Of a stretch of 37,771 nt of DNA, positions 34,828-37,771 are shown one piece after another (within the stretch, counting starts at the first letter, position 1; each line of letters opens with the position of its first letter). Below the pieces are notes generated by a model. That model was given only the letters and a program-made list of their open reading frames with translations. It ran no database searches and was not told where the DNA came from. The stretch is from the IMG/VR virus record IMGVR_UViG_3300050196_000125, positions 1 through 37,771 of that record. One strand, written 5' to 3'. The position numbers and the translations under genes are program-made. Origin of the DNA: a virus (taxonomy: Duplodnaviria > Caudoviricetes).

Positions 34828-35198
34828 TTCGCCTCCGGTGGAGTTGGCGCGGCTGCAAGCATTGCGCTGTAGATTCTTCGATAGTCTGAATCGGTGTCTT
34901 CTACATTGCGCCCAAACACATCGCGTCCCGAGAGCAGCATCTCTTGCGTAGGCTCCACCGGCACCAGCTTTGCAGCAAGGGCGTCACGAGACTCATGCAG
35001 TTCACTAGCGCGCAAAGTTTCTTTTTCAAATAACGCTTGGACGCGGTGACACTCGTCTTTCCAAGACTCTAGTTTTTCTTTTAGCCGCTCGTTCTCAGCT
35101 TGCAGCGCTTCAATGGCATCGGCGGCTTCTGGCAGCAATGCGTAAACATTGATTTTTGGGTCGTACCCTGCTTTGCGCAGTCGTTCAATTAGTGTCAT
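34824..35198 (-). CDS. Ead/Ea22-like coiled-coil protein
   Basis: LIERLR...EAADAIEALQAENERL...VPVEPTQEML...YSAMLAAAP. Confidence 0.7.
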   Translation of the reverse strand: MTLIERLRKAGYDPKINVYALLPEAADAIEALQAENERLKEKLESWKDECHRVQALFEKETLRASELHESRDALAAKLVPVEPTQEMLLSGRDVFGRNVEDTDSDYRRIYSAMLAAAPTPPEAK

Positions 35199-35320
35199 TT
35201 CGGCTCCTTCGGAGTAGCTATAACGATTGGCAACATCAGAGAAAGCAGAGTGCATTTGCAGGCACAGCACACCCAGCCTTTGCCGTAACTGGTGACGTAG
35301 CGGTGTTCACAGTTGGTCAT
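35195..35320 (-). CDS. 41-aa Cys-containing protein
   Basis: MTNCEHRY...CCACKC; AAGGAG RBS; coupled to neighbours. Confidence 0.5.
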   Translation of the reverse strand: MTNCEHRYVTSYGKGWVCCACKCTLLSLMLPIVIATPKEPK

Positions 35321-35700
35321 TTCGGCTCCTTGCGTGTGAATAGGGGCTGCGACAAATAGCCAAGGGCTTTGAGCTGAATGCTTGGCTCTGGCTGAAATGC
35401 CAGCTTCGCAAGCTCTGGTTTTTTCCGTGGTGCCCATAGGTATGCGCTAGGCTCTTGTGCAAGCTGGCTTGCTGCTCCCTGAGCGAAGGCTTGGCGTAGT
35501 TGGTCGGCGGTGAACTCTGGTGCGCTGCATTCATTTTTAACAAACGCATCCCACGCATCACTAGGCAACTCCGCACTAGCCAGCTTTGCAAGAATCGCGG
35601 CTTGTAGTGCTTTGGCAATGTTGTAGCGGGACTTCCCGTAGCCACAAGGCATAGGACCGTTCCAGCAAACGTCTATTTCATCGTCACTCAGTAAGCTCAT
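35317..35700 (-). CDS. Hypothetical phage protein
   Basis: 127 aa; GGAGG RBS. Confidence 0.65.
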   Translation of the reverse strand: MSLLSDDEIDVCWNGPMPCGYGKSRYNIAKALQAAILAKLASAELPSDAWDAFVKNECSAPEFTADQLRQAFAQGAASQLAQEPSAYLWAPRKKPELAKLAFQPEPSIQLKALGYLSQPLFTRKEPK

Positions 35701-35735
35701 ACATCCTCCGTGGGGCCGTAGCCCCGTTGTTCAAA

Positions 35736-36056
35736 TCAAAAAGGTATATCCAAGGTGTCTTCGGGCGGCACGTACTGCTCACGCTGTGGCGGCAACTGGC
35801 GAGCGCGTGCGGCGTCCTGGCTGGGCTTCTTGTAGCCAGATTGCGGAACACTTGCAGGCTGCTCCTTGCGTTGGAAGGACAAGCTGCGGAACTGCTTGCC
35901 GCTGGAGCTGGTGCGGTTCCAGCTACTCACCCAATATTCCACGCCATCAATCAGCGCAGAGCCTTTGCCATCGGGGTGGTTTTCCTGCTCTTTACGCTCG
36001 TTTTTGAAGATCGAACCGGAGTTGTCTTTTTGTTGGTAGGGTGTGTCGTAGGCCAT
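35736..36056 (-). CDS. Single-stranded DNA-binding protein-like
   Basis: NSGSIFKN...HPD.KG...GVEYWVSSW; acidic tail ending DIPF; follows ERF. Confidence 0.75.
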   Translation of the reverse strand: MAYDTPYQQKDNSGSIFKNERKEQENHPDGKGSALIDGVEYWVSSWNRTSSSGKQFRSLSFQRKEQPASVPQSGYKKPSQDAARARQLPPQREQYVPPEDTLDIPF

Positions 36057-36068
36057 GAGGTTTCTCCT

Positions 36069-36710
36069 TTAAGCGGCTTTTGGTTGATTGGCTTTGCGCA
36101 GTGCTGTGCGCACATGGCTGGGTAATTGGCGGTCAAGGTAGAGCGATTCATCACCTTGAGGGCCAAAGGCGCGGATGGTTGCCAGAGCTTGCGCGGGGTT
36201 TCCGCTTTCGCAAATCTCCGTCACCTCTGCGGCTAAGTCTTTGAGCGCTTCCTTGGATTCCTCCGGCAGATCGTCACCAATGCCGGACAGTGCGCCCATC
36301 TTTTTCACTTCCTTGAGGGCTGGCTTGTTGTCCGCACCTTGCGAAGCATCAACGGCGTCATGCTCTACAATCTCCAGCGCAGCAACCCACAGATAGCGGC
36401 GCAGGTAGGTTTGCACTGCTCCGAGGTTTTGCACCTCGTGGCAGCCCTTGAGAGCCGCTGTGGACATCGGGGAAGTGATCTTCACCTCGCCTCCGTCCTC
36501 AAGGTCAACAATGGTCATGGTTGCTTCATCTGCTCCAAAGCTGATAAACGCAAACAGACCGCACTTCTTGAACACATCCAGCGCAGGGATAAGGAAGTCC
36601 CCGAGTTCAAAGTAGTAGTAACCGGCAAACTTGTTATGGCCGGACTTCTTGAGCTGCAATGTGTGGAACTGCTCACGCGCATTGCTGAGTTTTTGGTAAA
36701 TCTTGGTCAT
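36069..36710 (-). CDS. ERF-family ssDNA annealing protein
   Basis: KKSGHNKFAGYYYFELGDF...QNLGAVQTYLRRYLWVAALEIVEHD. Confidence 0.88.
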   Translation of the reverse strand: MTKIYQKLSNAREQFHTLQLKKSGHNKFAGYYYFELGDFLIPALDVFKKCGLFAFISFGADEATMTIVDLEDGGEVKITSPMSTAALKGCHEVQNLGAVQTYLRRYLWVAALEIVEHDAVDASQGADNKPALKEVKKMGALSGIGDDLPEESKEALKDLAAEVTEICESGNPAQALATIRAFGPQGDESLYLDRQLPSHVRTALRKANQPKAA

Positions 36711-36853
36711 GCTGTTTCTTCCTCTCGTTCAATCTCTGTGTGGTCATCAGCTTGTGGCGGGTAGGGCGTACCCAATGCAGCGCAGATTTCGTGCATTAGG
36801 TCGCCTGCTGTGTTGCTCTCCATCGCCATCGCGTAAAGGTCGGCAGGTGTCAC
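36707..36853 (-). CDS. 48-aa hypothetical protein
   Basis: GTG start; coupled on both sides. Confidence 0.45.
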   Translation of the reverse strand: MTPADLYAMAMESNTAGDLMHEICAALGTPYPPQADDHTEIEREEETA

Positions 36854-36945
36854 ATCGCCCCCTTTGCCAGCCATCCAGCAATAAACCCAATGAAGAAAAT
36901 GCAGACGGTGAACACCTGAAAACAGAAGCGGATTTCTTTGCTCAT
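36850..36945 (-). CDS. 31-aa membrane peptide
   Basis: MSKEIRFCFQVFTVCIFFIGFIAGWLAKGAM; GGAGG RBS. Confidence 0.5.
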   Translation of the reverse strand: MSKEIRFCFQVFTVCIFFIGFIAGWLAKGAM

Positions 36946-37253
36946 ACAGCCTCCGCAGACTTGAACGCTAACGTCTCACCGTCATAAACCAGCTTCAGAT
37001 TGCAGCCAGCCGCTACGGGGTAGCCATCAGACACAAGCGCCACCCTGAAGCCGTTGATTTCAGAGATAGGCCGAGCAATGCTGAATAGAACAATGTCGGG
37101 CTTTGGCTTTGGCTTGATGCGGTAAAGGACTGTTTCACTCCAACTTGGAGTGCTGTGGTGTTTCAAGAACGTATCTCGAAATGGGTCGTAAAACTCAATT
37201 TCTGCCACATCTGCCCACGCCTTAATCAGTTCTGCATGTACATGTGGTTTCAT
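36942..37253 (-). CDS. Hypothetical phage protein
   Basis: MKPHVHAELIKAWAD...YRIKP...NLKLVYDGET. Confidence 0.7.
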   Translation of the reverse strand: MKPHVHAELIKAWADVAEIEFYDPFRDTFLKHHSTPSWSETVLYRIKPKPKPDIVLFSIARPISEINGFRVALVSDGYPVAAGCNLKLVYDGETLAFKSAEAV

Positions 37254-37375
37254 TTGCTGCACTCCCATGCTGTAGTTGCGGAAAGACGAACGCCCCAAGC
37301 GTTGCGTCTGTAGAGCTTGAACAAGAACCAGAACTTAGAAAGCCGGTTCTCTTTCTTCCATTTGCGCTCGCTCAT
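37250..37375 (-). CDS. 41-aa basic protein
   Basis: MSERKWKKENRLSKFWFLFKLYRR...; AAGGAG RBS; coupled to neighbours. Confidence 0.5.
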   Translation of the reverse strand: MSERKWKKENRLSKFWFLFKLYRRNAWGVRLSATTAWECSK

Positions 37376-37671
37376 GCTGTCTCCTTCGTGGGGACTGGTG
37401 CCCATTGCAATGTCTCGTCCTCTCCGTCGTTGTCTCGGATTGGGCGCAGATCAGCATCCAAGCAAGACCAAAAACATCCGCTTTCTGGGTTTCTTGTGCT
37501 TCCTTTGTATTCAACAATCCACCTCGCTCCGATTGGCGCTCGCCCTCCAGATGCAAGGTATGCGCCGTGTACGCCTGCAAAGGAAGTAACTCTGACAAGC
37601 GCTCCTGCACCAATAAAAGCGCCATCTGTGGCGTGGACTTTTATTGCTAAATCACCTTGCTTGCAGTTCAT
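37372..37671 (-). CDS. Hypothetical phage protein
   Basis: MNCKQGDLAI...DADLRPIRDNDGEDETLQWAPVP. Confidence 0.7.
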   Translation of the reverse strand: MNCKQGDLAIKVHATDGAFIGAGALVRVTSFAGVHGAYLASGGRAPIGARWIVEYKGSTRNPESGCFWSCLDADLRPIRDNDGEDETLQWAPVPTKETA

Positions 37672-37771
37672 GACCATCCCCCAAGCAGCACCGGCAGATA
37701 GCCAGACATCAGCAAGAACACACAGCCAAAAGCAGCCACAGTGCCGACCAGATCACGCACACGCCAATGGC
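37635..37771. repeat. Terminal direct repeat / circular assembly overlap, copy 2
   Basis: Matches 1-137. The leftward ORF series continues across the junction. Confidence 0.95.

Larger units (their letters stand above)
1..37771. mobile_element. Complete temperate phage genome (P22-like podovirus morphogenesis, lambdoid early region), excised/circular form
   Basis: Terminase, portal, capsid, gp4/gp10, ejection, lysis, integrase, xis, cI/cro and replication genes are all present. No host genes are visible, attP is intact and the ends overlap. Confidence 0.93.

Noticed and set aside
37761-37771. Two mismatches in the terminal repeat as a biological signal or true virion DTR
   Set aside because: They lie in the last 11 nt of the contig after 126 identical nt, and the repeat falls mid-operon. 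Assembly overlap with strain variation or end error is more likely.

Overview
The window is an apparently complete, circularly assembled temperate phage genome of about 37.6 kb, with a 137-bp terminal overlap (1-137 = 37635-37771). It has P22-like podovirus morphogenesis genes and lambdoid early genes. A betaproteobacterial (Burkholderiales-like) host is an inference from protein families and is unverified. Gene order: leftward early operon (ERF, SSB-like protein, small ORFs, pentapeptide-repeat protein); immunity region (hicBA moron, lipoprotein, LexA-boxed small ORF, short cI, cro, OL/OR operators); replication and nin region; Q-like antiterminator; terminase, portal, scaffold, capsid, gp4/gp10 and ejection proteins; tail fibre; lysis genes; attP (3' half of tRNA-Leu CAA); integrase and xis. 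The most striking features involve four homing endonucleases. (1) A 753-nt group I intron (16940-17692) with an HNH ORF in P8 splits the major capsid gene. (2) A free-standing HNH gene after the capsid has its RBS and start codon locked in a predicted 20-bp hairpin. (3) Two unrelated antisense endonucleases (HNH-AP2 and GIY-YIG) share an identical 69-bp structured leader. Family names come from motif recognition by eye, not database searches.
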